Source: Bryobacterales bacterium (GTDB lineage: Bacteria; Acidobacteriota; Terriglobia; Bryobacterales; UBA6623). From it: a DNA stretch of 64,000 nt. Numbering within the stretch: position 1 is the stretch's first letter; the number at the start of each line of letters is the position of its first letter. The notes beneath the pieces are model-generated. The model saw only the letters and a program-made list of their open reading frames with translations. It was not told where the DNA came from and did no database searches. The position numbers and the translations under genes are program-made. Of the stretch, positions 30,752-40,280 are shown piece after piece. Where the stretch lies: NCBI GenBank assembly GCA_963422375.2, contig OY729428.2:2784001-2848000 (forward strand), written 5' to 3'.

Positions 30752-31403
30752 CCGTTTGACCGTACCCCCTTGCCTTGGCGAGGCTCTAGGGAATCGGCGT
30801 CGCCGGGAGACGCACCACCGCTTGCCGTCGGGGACAGCGCCGTGGCTCCCGCTGCCTCTGCGGAGGACGTCGGGCACCTGCTCATCGAAGGCTCACACGG
30901 AAACATCCGACGACCACTGTGTCGTTCGCGCCGGTCGAGCGTGCTTGGGCACTCCCCGGCCGCCCCCCGCCAAGCCGACTTGACTGAGGACGATGACTCA
31001 GCGCGGCCTAGGCTGGTGCCTAGGACAAGACTCCCTGATTCCGGCCGGAGTGGCGCGAATCGAGCAAATCCTTGGAATATACGATATATATTCGTAATAT
31101 CACGGTAGGATACACCGTATGTCTTGCCGATCTCTGCGATTCCTGAAGAATCCTCGCAAGCCGCACGAATATCCTTCATCGAAGATATCTACGAGTCCCG
31201 GCATTTCAGGCCGAATGAGCGGGAATCCGGAATTCTTCGGCCCGTAGCGTTGCAGGCACCCAAGGACGCGCACCGGATAATGCGGTCCGTTACGGTCAAT
31301 ACTTGGGGGAAAACTAGAACAATACTAGGCTAACTCAAATTCAATAAGCGAATCCGCCCTGTTGCCTGCCCCAAGGTGGGTGAGTCTTGTCACAAGCACT
31401 CGA

Positions 31404-33425
31404 CTAGCGCACTGGTCTCAGGACGCGGAAGCCTAGGTCGCTGCCCCTCCCGTCGGGGCTTACCTTGTGGCGGTATGCGGACCGGCAGGCCCGCGGATCG
31501 TTGCGCCAGCTGCCACCCCGAAGCACGCGGGCGGAGCCCGAGTTCGGCCCTTTTGGGTCCGTCATGCCAAAACTCGGATAGTCACCATACCAGTCATGGA
31601 CCCACTCCCAAACGTTCCCGTGCAGGTCGTGCAATCCGAAGCCGTTCCCCGTGAACGATCCAACCGGGGCCGAATGCGGGAAATCATCGCGGCAGGCCGC
31701 GACCCTCCGCCACGAGTAGCGGTCTTTGGCGGCCTGATCCGCCACGTTTGCATGCTCGCACAATCGTGCGTAGCCCGGGTCGTCGCCATATGAAAACCTG
31801 TTCGTCGAACCTGCCCTAACCAAGTATTCCCACTCCGCCTCGGTTGGGAGACGATACTCCTCTCCCGTCTTACCGCTCAACCACCGCACGTATGCCTGGG
31901 CGTCGTCCCAGCTCACGCAGACCGCCGGGTGTCGCGAGGTCTGGGGAAAACCCGGATTCTCCCAGTCGAGACCCGGGCGCAACCCGAACCTCCCGTTCAC
32001 GACTGTCCAACACGCCAGCCCGCTGCCATGGCTAGTCTCTTCCACGAAGCGCCCGTACTCCTCCTGCGTCACCTCGTACACTCCCACCGCCAACGGCCCA
32101 CTGATCGTCACACGGCGCTGAGGCCCTTCGTCGTTTTGCCTGCCGTCCTCTGTAGACGGAGACCCCATCGTGAACGAGCCCCCGGGCACTACTACCAGTT
32201 CCGGACAGCCTTCGCAATCGTCGCGGAAGCGGTCCCCCGCGCGCAGGGGTGGCCGCAATCCGCGAATGAGAACCTTGGCTTGGTCCAGCAGCGGCTTGGC
32301 CCGCGGAACCCCCTCGTACTTCTCGACGAAGGCATTCAGAGCCTTCAAGTTCTGGCTCTGCTCCACCATTGGCCACACTTGCTGCGCTTCCTCTGCAAGC
32401 CGTTGCTGCTCCCGGCCCGATTCCGCCGCAGCGCGTTCCCCGCGCAGCTTCTCGCGAAGCGCTTCTGCGAGAGGCAGGACGATCTTGGCCTCGTCCTTGC
32501 CCTTCCACCTCTCGATAAACTCATCCACCTTGCTCTCGCTGTCGGATCCGCTTAATAGCTTCCATTCTTCAAGCGCCGTCAATTCCCTTGAAGGCGGCGG
32601 CACCGGATCGGCACCTGTTCCGGCGGGTGCACCGCGCAGATAGACCTTTCCGATCAGATCTTCATAGATCGCCGGATTCTGCTGCTTTCCCGAGGCAGCG
32701 TACACTGCCGCCTTCGTGCGTTGGAAGGCTTCTCGTAACTCTACTACATCACGCTGGAGTTCCGGCAAGAAATGGGTAATATAGGTTCCGAACTCGTCTC
32801 TGGAAGCGCCGCTTTCCATTCTGTTATTCCCCGTCGGGTACGCGATCAGGGTGCCTTCAGAACCCGCGCTCATCGCCGCCAGCCCAGCTACCATGCTCCC
32901 GTCCTCCAGAAACGGATTGTCACGGCAAGCATCTAGCACGAGCACTCGTACGCGAGCGCTGGCCTCCAGCAAGTTGCGAACCGCGTCTGCCGACAGCGCG
33001 GCATCGGGCACCTTCGTCGCTGGGGTCTGGCCGTAGTCCGCCGGAAGAAGGTAGTTCCTACCATCGGCCTGCAACCCGTGTCCGGAGAACCAGAAGAACG
33101 CCAAGTCGTCGCCCTGCAACTCGCTACTGAAGTCCCTCACCGCACGGTCCATCTCCCGCAGGCTCAAGTTCTCGAGCCTTGTCACGCTGAATCCGAGTCC
33201 GCGCAATGCGCCCTCCAGCGCGCGCACTTCCGCGGTCGTGCTCTTCAGCGGCAGGGCCATCTCATAGGCGGCGTTGCCGATGACCAATGCCTTCCTCCCC
33301 GCTACGGCAACCGGCTGGAGCGCCCCATCCTGCGCCTCAAGCAACACCTGCGGCAGCGCAACGCCCAGCAGAGCTGCGGCCACGATGGTTCCGTGACAGA
33401 TCGATCGACGGTTGCAACAGGTCAT
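31404..33425 (-). CDS. Signal peptide, caspase-like peptidase C14, helical linker, CLec/FGE-sulfatase domain
   Basis: RKALVIGNAAY, FSGHG and LDACR dyad, QQNP; FGE motifs RLPTEAEWEY, GLHDLHGNVWEW, RGGSW, GFRV. Confidence 0.9.
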   Translation of the reverse strand: MTCCNRRSICHGTIVAAALLGVALPQVLLEAQDGALQPVAVAGRKALVIGNAAYEMALPLKSTTAEVRALEGALRGLGFSVTRLENLSLREMDRAVRDFSSELQGDDLAFFWFSGHGLQADGRNYLLPADYGQTPATKVPDAALSADAVRNLLEASARVRVLVLDACRDNPFLEDGSMVAGLAAMSAGSEGTLIAYPTGNNRMESGASRDEFGTYITHFLPELQRDVVELREAFQRTKAAVYAASGKQQNPAIYEDLIGKVYLRGAPAGTGADPVPPPSRELTALEEWKLLSGSDSESKVDEFIERWKGKDEAKIVLPLAEALREKLRGERAAAESGREQQRLAEEAQQVWPMVEQSQNLKALNAFVEKYEGVPRAKPLLDQAKVLIRGLRPPLRAGDRFRDDCEGCPELVVVPGGSFTMGSPSTEDGRQNDEGPQRRVTISGPLAVGVYEVTQEEYGRFVEETSHGSGLACWTVVNGRFGLRPGLDWENPGFPQTSRHPAVCVSWDDAQAYVRWLSGKTGEEYRLPTEAEWEYLVRAGSTNRFSYGDDPGYARLCEHANVADQAAKDRYSWRRVAACRDDFPHSAPVGSFTGNGFGLHDLHGNVWEWVHDWYGDYPSFGMTDPKGPNSGSARVLRGGSWRNDPRACRSAYRHKVSPDGRGSDLGFRVLRPVR
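31423..31538 (-). repeat. Eroded VR-like region (VR2)
   Basis: Ungapped alignment to TR: about 18/28 TR adenines and about 14/88 other positions differ (manual count). Confidence 0.6.
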
Positions 33426-34140
33426 CGCTTCCTCGTCACGTCTATGCTACCGCACTCTGCCCTGAGACTACGGGGCTCTGCCCCTGCCTCGAACTCGGAC
33501 ACGCACTGGCAGGTTAGGCAGTTGGCAATGGAGCTTGGCTCGGATCCGCATGAGCGATACGTCGCCTGTCGCGCCACCATGTAGCACTCAGGCGTTGGGG
33601 CGCCACACGAGACAGCCCACTCGCGCGCCGCTGCACACCTCGACGTCTCCGCCGCCGCGTCCGCCAACGGAGGACACGAAGTCTTGATCGAGTGCCGCCG
33701 TCGCATAGTCCCGTGCAGGCACGAGTTCGCCAAGGGGATCGAGCATCTGACGCTGAGCGACAGTCCACTGAGGTTTCAGTCGAAGCTCATCTTGGACAGT
33801 CTGAATCTTGCGAGACGACCTCTCAGACCGACGTGACGCTGTGACCTCGGGCGGGACTCAGGGCGCTGCTCCCCGCTGCAACGCCATGCCGCGGGCGACG
33901 GTGCATCGACCGTGGGCGCCTGCCGACGAGACGATGCACAAAGCCGTCGGCATTTTCGACCGGGAGAGCATCGGTCTCCGAGATTGCGAGCTACGCGTCG
34001 AGGAAACCTATCTCAGTTCTCGACCGATGACCGCGACAAAAAACCTAGAGCATCGACAGCTCTCGGAGGAAATCAATGAGATCGAGTGCGCCGACCAATA
34101 TCCCATCCAGCCTAGGGCCTACCGATATTCCATGAAGGAA

Positions 34141-34306
34141 TCCATCGCATAGGTTACGTCGGCGGCGAGATACGAAATGTCTTCGCACATAAGAAATGGT
34201 CGCGAACCGAGAGCACGTGCTTCCCCTTCAGGAAGTCGCACAAGAGCTGGCTATTGTAGGTGCCAAGCACGCGATCGAAGCGCATTGCAATGACTCTGGC
34301 TAGCAT
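34141..34306 (-). pseudogene. Truncated, frameshifted copy of the DGR-associated HRDC gene 5' part
   Basis: 34141-34241 aligns with 63899-64000 with 10 mismatches and one 1-nt gap; ATG at 34306 (MLARVIAMRFD...). Confidence 0.8.
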
Positions 34307-34436
34307 TGTCCCTCTTCGGTGGCCTGCGGCTTGGCTGCGATCGTGCCGTTCGGTCCGGTCTGCTTCGCGCCCGTCTCTTCGGCCCGCCTCCGCCAAGCCG
34401 CTTCTGCAAAGAGAAATAGGGTAACAGCGCAAAGGG

Positions 34437-36359
34437 CTAGGGAATTGTCCTCAGTACGCGGAAGCCCAGGACGCTGTTGCGGTCGCCGGGGCTGAGCCTG
34501 AAGCGGTACGCCGACCGGCCGTACCGCGGACCGTCGCCCCAGCTGCCGCCCCGAAGGACCCGGTCGGAGCCCGTAGCGGGGCCTCGCGGATCTGTCGCAG
34601 CGCCGCTCGGGTAGGACCCGTACCAGTCCTGCACCCACTCCCATACATTTCCGTGTACGTCGTGCAAGCCGAAAGCGTTTCGACTGAATGACCCCACCGG
34701 AGCCGTATGCACGTAGCCGTCCCGACACGGCGCGACCCCGGCCCAACGGTAGTGGTCCGCTCCGACTTGGTCTGCCATGTTTCCGTACCCGCAGGTCCGC
34801 GTGTAGTCCGGATCATCGCCATAGGAGAAGCGGGTCTCCGATGTCCCCCGAGCCACGTACTCCCACTCCGCCTCGGTCGGCAACCGATACTTCTCGCCTG
34901 TCTTCCCCGACAGCCACTTCACGTACGCCTGAGCATCGTTCCAAGACACACACACCGCGGGCTCCTGCCGACCCTGGCGGAACCCGGGATTCGTCCACGA
35001 TCGCCCGGTGCGAGCATCCCATTCCCCGCTCTCGTGAGTCCGGCACGCCGACCCGCCGTCATGGCCGGCGTCATCCACGAATCGCCCGTACTGCTCCTTC
35101 GTCACTTCGTACACTCCTACCGCCAGCGGGCCGCTGATTGTCACGCGGCGACGAGGCCCCTCATCGTCCTCCCGGTCATTCTCATACGCCGGCGACCCCA
35201 TCATGAATGAGCCCCCGTCCACCACCACCATCTCCGGACAGCTATCGCAGTCCCGAAAACGGTCCCCATCCAGGCCTGGACGCAATCCACGTAGACTCCT
35301 CTCCGGCACTCCAAGGACCACTGCCAGCAACGTCGCAGCGACGGTCCCCGTCACCAGCGCTACCAGCCACCGCGCGGTCGAGCGAGACCGGTCTGGATGC
35401 ACATTAGAGCGCTCTTCGGCGACGCGCCCCGACCCCTGCAGGAGCCCCACGAGGTCCGCGCAGTCCTGTACTCGGTCCTCCTCCCTCAATTCAAGGCATC
35501 GGTCAATCGCCGTGAGAATCCGCTCCGGGAACCGCCCTGCTCCCACCTCTCGCGCCGGCGGCAGTGGGTCCGCTTGGCCCCGCAAGAACGCGGTCAGCCG
35601 CGCCTCCACCTTCACCGGCTGCCGGGATACTGACTCCACCGCCCCTCCGGCGACCATCCGCCACATCACCGCCCCGACCGCGTACAAGTCCGTCCACGGC
35701 CCCAGCTTCCCTTGCCCAACCTGCTCGATCGCCGCGAAGCCTTCCGTGTAAGGGGCGTAAGTCCGCGACACTCCAGCGAGCGTCTGCTTCGCCGCACCGA
35801 AGTCGATCAGCACCGGTCGCTCCGCCTCCTGCCGAATCAGGATGTTGCTGGGCTTGATGTCCCGGTGCAACACGCCAGCTTCGTGGACCGCCTTCAGCCC
35901 TCCCAGCAGCGGAACGATCACCGCCAGCAGGTCAGCCTCGCCGAACGGCCTCCGCGCACGCTCCCGCAGCGCCAGCAAGTTCGCCAGCGACATGCCTTCC
36001 ACGTAATCCATCACGAGGTAAGCCGTGCCGTTCTCCCGGAAGAAATCCCTGCACGTCACGACGCTGGGGACGTCCTTGAATTCGGTCAGGCGCTTCGCTT
36101 CCTCGAGGAACCTATGCAGGCCCTCCGCGAAGTCCTCCCTGCCAGCCTTGCTCCTCGGATGCACCATGCCGTCCTCGCGGACGGACAGCTCGGCGGGGAA
36201 ATACTCCTTGATCGCAACGAGGGATCCAAGGTCCCGGTGCAGCGCCTTGTAGACGATGCCGAAACCGCCGTGCCCCAGCTGCGCCTGCACCTCGTACACG
36301 CTATTGAGAAGCAGGCTGCCCGCCGGCAGCGCGACACGGGTGGGGTCTTCGCCGCCCAT
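34437..36359 (-). CDS. Ser/Thr kinase, TM, CLec/FGE-sulfatase domain; DGR target (variable) protein
   Basis: Kinase GHGGFGIVY, AIKEY, HRDIKPSN, DFGAAK; TM WLVALVTGTVAATLLAVVLGV; FRDCDSCPEMVVV..., RLPTEAEWEY, GNVWEW, RGGSW, GFRV; 3' end matches TR. Confidence 0.95.
   Translation of the reverse strand: MGGEDPTRVALPAGSLLLNSVYEVQAQLGHGGFGIVYKALHRDLGSLVAIKEYFPAELSVREDGMVHPRSKAGREDFAEGLHRFLEEAKRLTEFKDVPSVVTCRDFFRENGTAYLVMDYVEGMSLANLLALRERARRPFGEADLLAVIVPLLGGLKAVHEAGVLHRDIKPSNILIRQEAERPVLIDFGAAKQTLAGVSRTYAPYTEGFAAIEQVGQGKLGPWTDLYAVGAVMWRMVAGGAVESVSRQPVKVEARLTAFLRGQADPLPPAREVGAGRFPERILTAIDRCLELREEDRVQDCADLVGLLQGSGRVAEERSNVHPDRSRSTARWLVALVTGTVAATLLAVVLGVPERSLRGLRPGLDGDRFRDCDSCPEMVVVDGGSFMMGSPAYENDREDDEGPRRRVTISGPLAVGVYEVTKEQYGRFVDDAGHDGGSACRTHESGEWDARTGRSWTNPGFRQGRQEPAVCVSWNDAQAYVKWLSGKTGEKYRLPTEAEWEYVARGTSETRFSYGDDPDYTRTCGYGNMADQVGADHYRWAGVAPCRDGYVHTAPVGSFSRNAFGLHDVHGNVWEWVQDWYGSYPSGAATDPRGPATGSDRVLRGGSWGDGPRYGRSAYRFRLSPGDRNSVLGFRVLRTIP
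34456..34571 (-). repeat. DGR variable repeat (VR1)
   Basis: 116-nt ungapped match to TR 62021-62136; 18 mismatches, 17 at TR adenines. Confidence 0.93.
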
Positions 36360-36559
36360 GGAGAATGAGTGCTCTTCCTAATCGCGTCGCGACCTTGCCC
36401 GTTTCGAGGCGCAGCGCGAACGGAACTTGAATATACCGAATCCAACCTAATTCCCAGCTACTTGCGAAGTAGGTGGCTCGAACTGCCTGCGTGCGTTGGA
36501 AGGCGATTGGCTCACGGCGCCCATGCAGCAGAATCGTCTCATTCGACATGCCAAGACAT

Positions 36560-36800
36560 GAGAACGCGGGAGTCGATGCGCGGCGCATACGAACGGCATC
36601 GAGTCGTTTTGGTCCCTGTTCAAGCGCGGCCTGTACGGAACCTATCACCGGATGAGCGTCCGTCATCTCGGCCGCTACCTCACGGAGTTCGCGGGACGGC
36701 GCAACGACCGCGACTGCGACACGGCGGAACGGATGCGGCGCATGGCGCGGGGCCTGGTCGGCCGGACGCTGACCTGCCGGCAGCTGACCGGCAAGGCCGC
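36560..36800 (+). pseudogene. IS1595-family transposase C-terminal fragment
   Basis: Translates as AHTNGIESFWSLFKRGLYGTYHRMSVRHLGRYLTEFAGRRN..DT..RM.....GLVGRTLT; N-terminus missing. Confidence 0.8.
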
Positions 36801-37225
36801 GGTCGCGGCCCGAGCGGCGCCCGCCGCGCCGAGCGCGGCAGCCCGCTGCGGGCGCGCTCTTCACGCTCGGTACGAGGGGCGCACCGGATCCGGCATGCCC
36901 CGGCGCGACCCCGGTCCGGTCCGGACCGTCCATGCAGGCCGTCGAGCGCCGGGGATCCGCTGTCTTCGGCCCTCGCAGGGCCTGCAAGCGGCTTGCAAGG
37001 CGTGCCCTGCCACCGCCAACCGGGTTTCACCGGGGCAACCGGGGCATGCGAGGCGGCCTCTCTAGTCCCTTCCTCGTCCAATCCGCTGGCAGGCTCGATT
37101 CACATACGATCCCACCCCCCACCCCTCTGTGCCCGCCGCGGCCGCACTCGCATGACCCCAGCTCGACACCCACCTCCCTGCTCACAGCAGTTCTAGGCCG
37201 ACATGGCGTTGTCGGCACTCAGATA

Positions 37226-38788
37226 GAGCCTTTTGCAAAAATCCCGAGCTAATAGCATTATCATTTAGTTAGTCTATTAAGTATTCGATATAATCAATGG
37301 AATAGAACTGAAGTAAATGTAGTTTTAATGGCTTGTCTGCGTTTTGAGTTTCCTGACAATCCCTTGCCCTCCGTGCTATTATTGTAATGCAAGCCTAGTA
37401 AACAGCTGGCAGGATTCAACGAATATGTCCTTGATAGAAACCGTATCCGCGTACTGGTTCACGTTCCAGCAGGGGCTGTTCCCCTGGCTCCAGCAGGAAC
37501 TCGGCCCCCTCGGCGAGCGCTACCGCAGCTTCGTTCAAGCGGTGGAACTGGCGCAGGTCGAGGACTGCCTGCCCGTCGGGCAGGGCGGCCGCGGCCGCCC
37601 CCGCGCAAGCCGCGCCGCCATGGCGCGCGCCTGCATCGCCAAGGCCGTCTTCGACCAGCCCGCTACGCGCTCGCCGGTCGAGCGCCTGCAGACCGATCAC
37701 ACCCTGCGCCGACTGTGCGGCTGGGACCTGGCCGGGGCCGTGCCCGGCGAGGCAACCTTCTCGCGCGCCTGCGCCGAGTTCGCCGCCGGCGAACTGCCCG
37801 GACGCTTGCACCAGGCGCTGCTCGCGCGGACGCTCGACGGCCGCTTGGCAGGGCACGTCTCCCGCGACTCGACCGCCATCGAGGGCCGCGAGCGGCCCGC
37901 CGGGAAGCCCGCGCCGGAGCCGAAACGCAAGCGCGGGCGCCCTCGCAAGGGCGAGCAGCGGCCGCCCGCTCCGCGCCGACTGGCGCGGCAGCCCGACATG
38001 AATCTCGAAGCAATGCTGCACGACCTGCCGCAGGGCTGCGATACCGGCACCAAGCGCAACGCCAAGGGCCGTACCGTCAGCTGGCGCGGCTACAAGCTGC
38101 CTATCGACGCGATCGACGGCGGGATCCCGGTCAGCTGCCTGCTCACCGCGGCTTCGCTGCACGACAGCCAGGCCGCGATCAGGCCGCGATCCCGCTGGCG
38201 ACACGGACCGCGGGCCGCGTCGACAACCTGTACGACCGGATGGACAGCGCGCGCGACGCGGCCGGGATCCGGGCCTTCAGCAAGCGGCTCGGGCACGTGC
38301 CGATCATTGATGTCAACCCGCGCGGCCGGACGGAGCTGCAGGCGGATCTGGCACGGGAGGCCAAGGCGCTGCGCAGCGCCGGGCGGGCGGAGCCCGCCAA
38401 GCTGCGCTACCGCGAGCGCTCGACGGTGGAGCGTGTCAACGGCCGCCTGAAGGACGATTGCGGCGGGCGCCACGTGCGCGTCCGCGGCCACGGCAAGGTG
38501 GCCACGGCAAGGTGCTGTGCCACCTCCTGTTCGGCGTGCTCGCGCTGACGGTGGAGCAGCTCCTGCGCCTGGCGCTCCGAGAGCCCGGGCCGCCGGGACA
38601 GCCGCGAAGAGCGCCCGCCCGCAGGGCCGCGCCGGGAGAGCTGCGCCTGCACCGGGCCGCTCCTCGCAGGAGCGCCCCGCAGCCGAGCAAGCCCAGCTGC
38701 AGGGGGTCTTTTTCGGCGAGAATAACAGCCCGGAAACTAGTCGTTCATGGGGCGGTCAGCCCTCTTTTCTGAATTTTGCAAAAGGCTC
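37226..38788 (+). mobile_element. IS5/IS1182-like DDE insertion sequence (defective)
   Basis: TIR GAGCCTTTTGCAAAA (15 bp perfect, 17/18) at both ends; AGATA direct repeat at 37221-37225 and 38789-38793. Family assignment tentative. Confidence 0.88.
37425..38580 (+). pseudogene. DDE transposase, frameshifted twice
   Basis: GRP, LRRLCGW..PGEATFSR, SRDSTAI, W.GYKL, SLHDSQ, YRERSTVERVNGRLKD, KV.CHL.FG; frames broken by 11-bp (38170-38191) and 14-bp (38487-38514) tandem duplications. Confidence 0.85.
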
Positions 38789-38945
38789 AGATATATAATT
38801 CCCTTTCGAATCAATGCGCCTCAATGCGCCGTATCTTGACAGGAACGGAGCGCTTCGGGCTCTCGCTCCCGATGCCCTGTCAGCGGCCGACGGTCAGCTT
38901 ACTGGAACCTCGCCGACGCGCGGAGTCGAGGCGTCACAGGGCCAA

Positions 38946-39806
38946 TCACTCAGTCCAGTCCTTCGGCAGCGGAGGGGCCAGCTTCAGGCGTCGCAGGACT
39001 CGATACGGAAACCGGCGCAACTCGCGGCTCATCCTGCTCTCTACCCTTGCGTGCCGCGATTCCACTTCCGCGACCCATGCGTCGAGCTTGCTGATATGCA
39101 GTTCCCGCTCCCGCAGCACGTTTCCGCTCGCGGGGACGTAAGCCAGTGGGGCGAGGGAGGGGAGCGGCTTCATCGAACACATCGCCACGAAGAAGTGCGC
39201 CGACTCCGGCTCGAACGACGGCGCTTCGAAGCTGGCCCGCGCATCCGACGCAGCCGCCGACATGATCGCGACGGCCGGGGCGTGATTCTCGAGGAAGACT
39301 GCGGCATGGGCGAACGCCGCACCGAGGGCCGCCCGGAACTCGTCGTACTCGAATTCATGCACGTGGAACGGATTCGGCTCCTCCCGCGTGGTCCGGTAGT
39401 AGGCGGCGTTCGGTGTCGAGACTAGGAAGAGTCCTGTCGGCACCAGCACGCGGGCAGCTTCGCGCACGAGGCCGACCCATCCCTCGATGTGCTCGATCAC
39501 TTCGAACGCGACGACCAAGTCAAGGGAATCGTCGGCGAATGGCAGGGCCGTGCAATCGCCTCGGACGAAGCGCACGGCCGGGTAATTGGAACGGCCGTGG
39601 CGAACCGCCTCGGCTGCATTGTCGAGTGCGTAGGCCTTCGCGCCCGCGCCCGCGAGCCGCCCCGCGCCGTAACCCGTCCCGCACCCCGCGTCCAGAACAC
39701 GCCGCCCCGCTGCCAGCGGCTCGGCGAAGCAGTAGCGAGCAACATGCTCGTTCCGCAGGTCCGGGTCGCTCGCCTCGAGAACCAGACGCTCGCCGGTCGG
39801 ATCCAC
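38946..39806 (-). CDS. Class I SAM-dependent methyltransferase (surface-glycan associated type)
   Basis: TGERL..EHVARY, VLDAGCGTGYG, FEVIEH, STPN, NPFHVHE. Confidence 0.88.
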   Translation of the reverse strand: MDPTGERLVLEASDPDLRNEHVARYCFAEPLAAGRRVLDAGCGTGYGAGRLAGAGAKAYALDNAAEAVRHGRSNYPAVRFVRGDCTALPFADDSLDLVVAFEVIEHIEGWVGLVREAARVLVPTGLFLVSTPNAAYYRTTREEPNPFHVHEFEYDEFRAALGAAFAHAAVFLENHAPAVAIMSAAASDARASFEAPSFEPESAHFFVAMCSMKPLPSLAPLAYVPASGNVLRERELHISKLDAWVAEVESRHARVESRMSRELRRFPYRVLRRLKLAPPLPKDWTE

Positions 39807-39905
39807 CTAGCCCCCTCCTTCCATTAGCGCATCCGAGAACTCAGGCGCACCGACCGGCACCCGAACCGCCATGGGCCGGTCGGGCGCTATTGTAGGGAGA
39901 GGCCT

Positions 39906-40280
39906 TTGGACACTCGCACGAAGATCGTCGAGCGGGCCGCGCTGCTCCCGTCGCAGCCCCGCCCCTGCCTGGCGAAGGGCTGGTTTGACGTCCTAACCGC
40001 CGAGCACTGCTCGCTCCTAGCCGAAGCTAAGGCACGGAACAGACCCTTGGTGGTCTTGGTATATCGCGAAACCGCACGCCGCCCCGCCCCGCTCCGCGGC
40101 TACGACCGCGCCCAGATGGTCGCGGCGCTGGCAGCCGTCGACCGTGTCTGCCTGTGCGAGGAGCCCCAGGCGGATTCGATCGCGGAGGATATGGCCGCAG
40201 TATCCGTGCTCGATGTCGATGCCGTCCAGCAGCGGGACGTGGTTCGCGATGTTCTCGAGCGTCACGTCGACCGCCGGTAG
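39906..40280 (+). CDS. Degenerate cytidylyltransferase-like (HldE/RfaE adenylyltransferase-like) protein
   Basis: DTRTKI, GWFDVLTAEH, RAQMVAALAAVDRV; upstream of a heptosyltransferase. Confidence 0.65.
   Translation: MDTRTKIVERAALLPSQPRPCLAKGWFDVLTAEHCSLLAEAKARNRPLVVLVYRETARRPAPLRGYDRAQMVAALAAVDRVCLCEEPQADSIAEDMAAVSVLDVDAVQQRDVVRDVLERHVDRR

Noticed and set aside
34049..34059. 11-nt match (GCATCGACAGC) to the sequence after the HRDC stop near 63630
   Set aside because: Too short to separate from chance.
28571..36359. FGE-sulfatase domains as true formylglycine-generating enzymes for the sulfatase at 19.7 kb
   Set aside because: The catalytic Cys pair after RGGS is absent and that segment is the variable repeat; these are CLec-fold binding domains.
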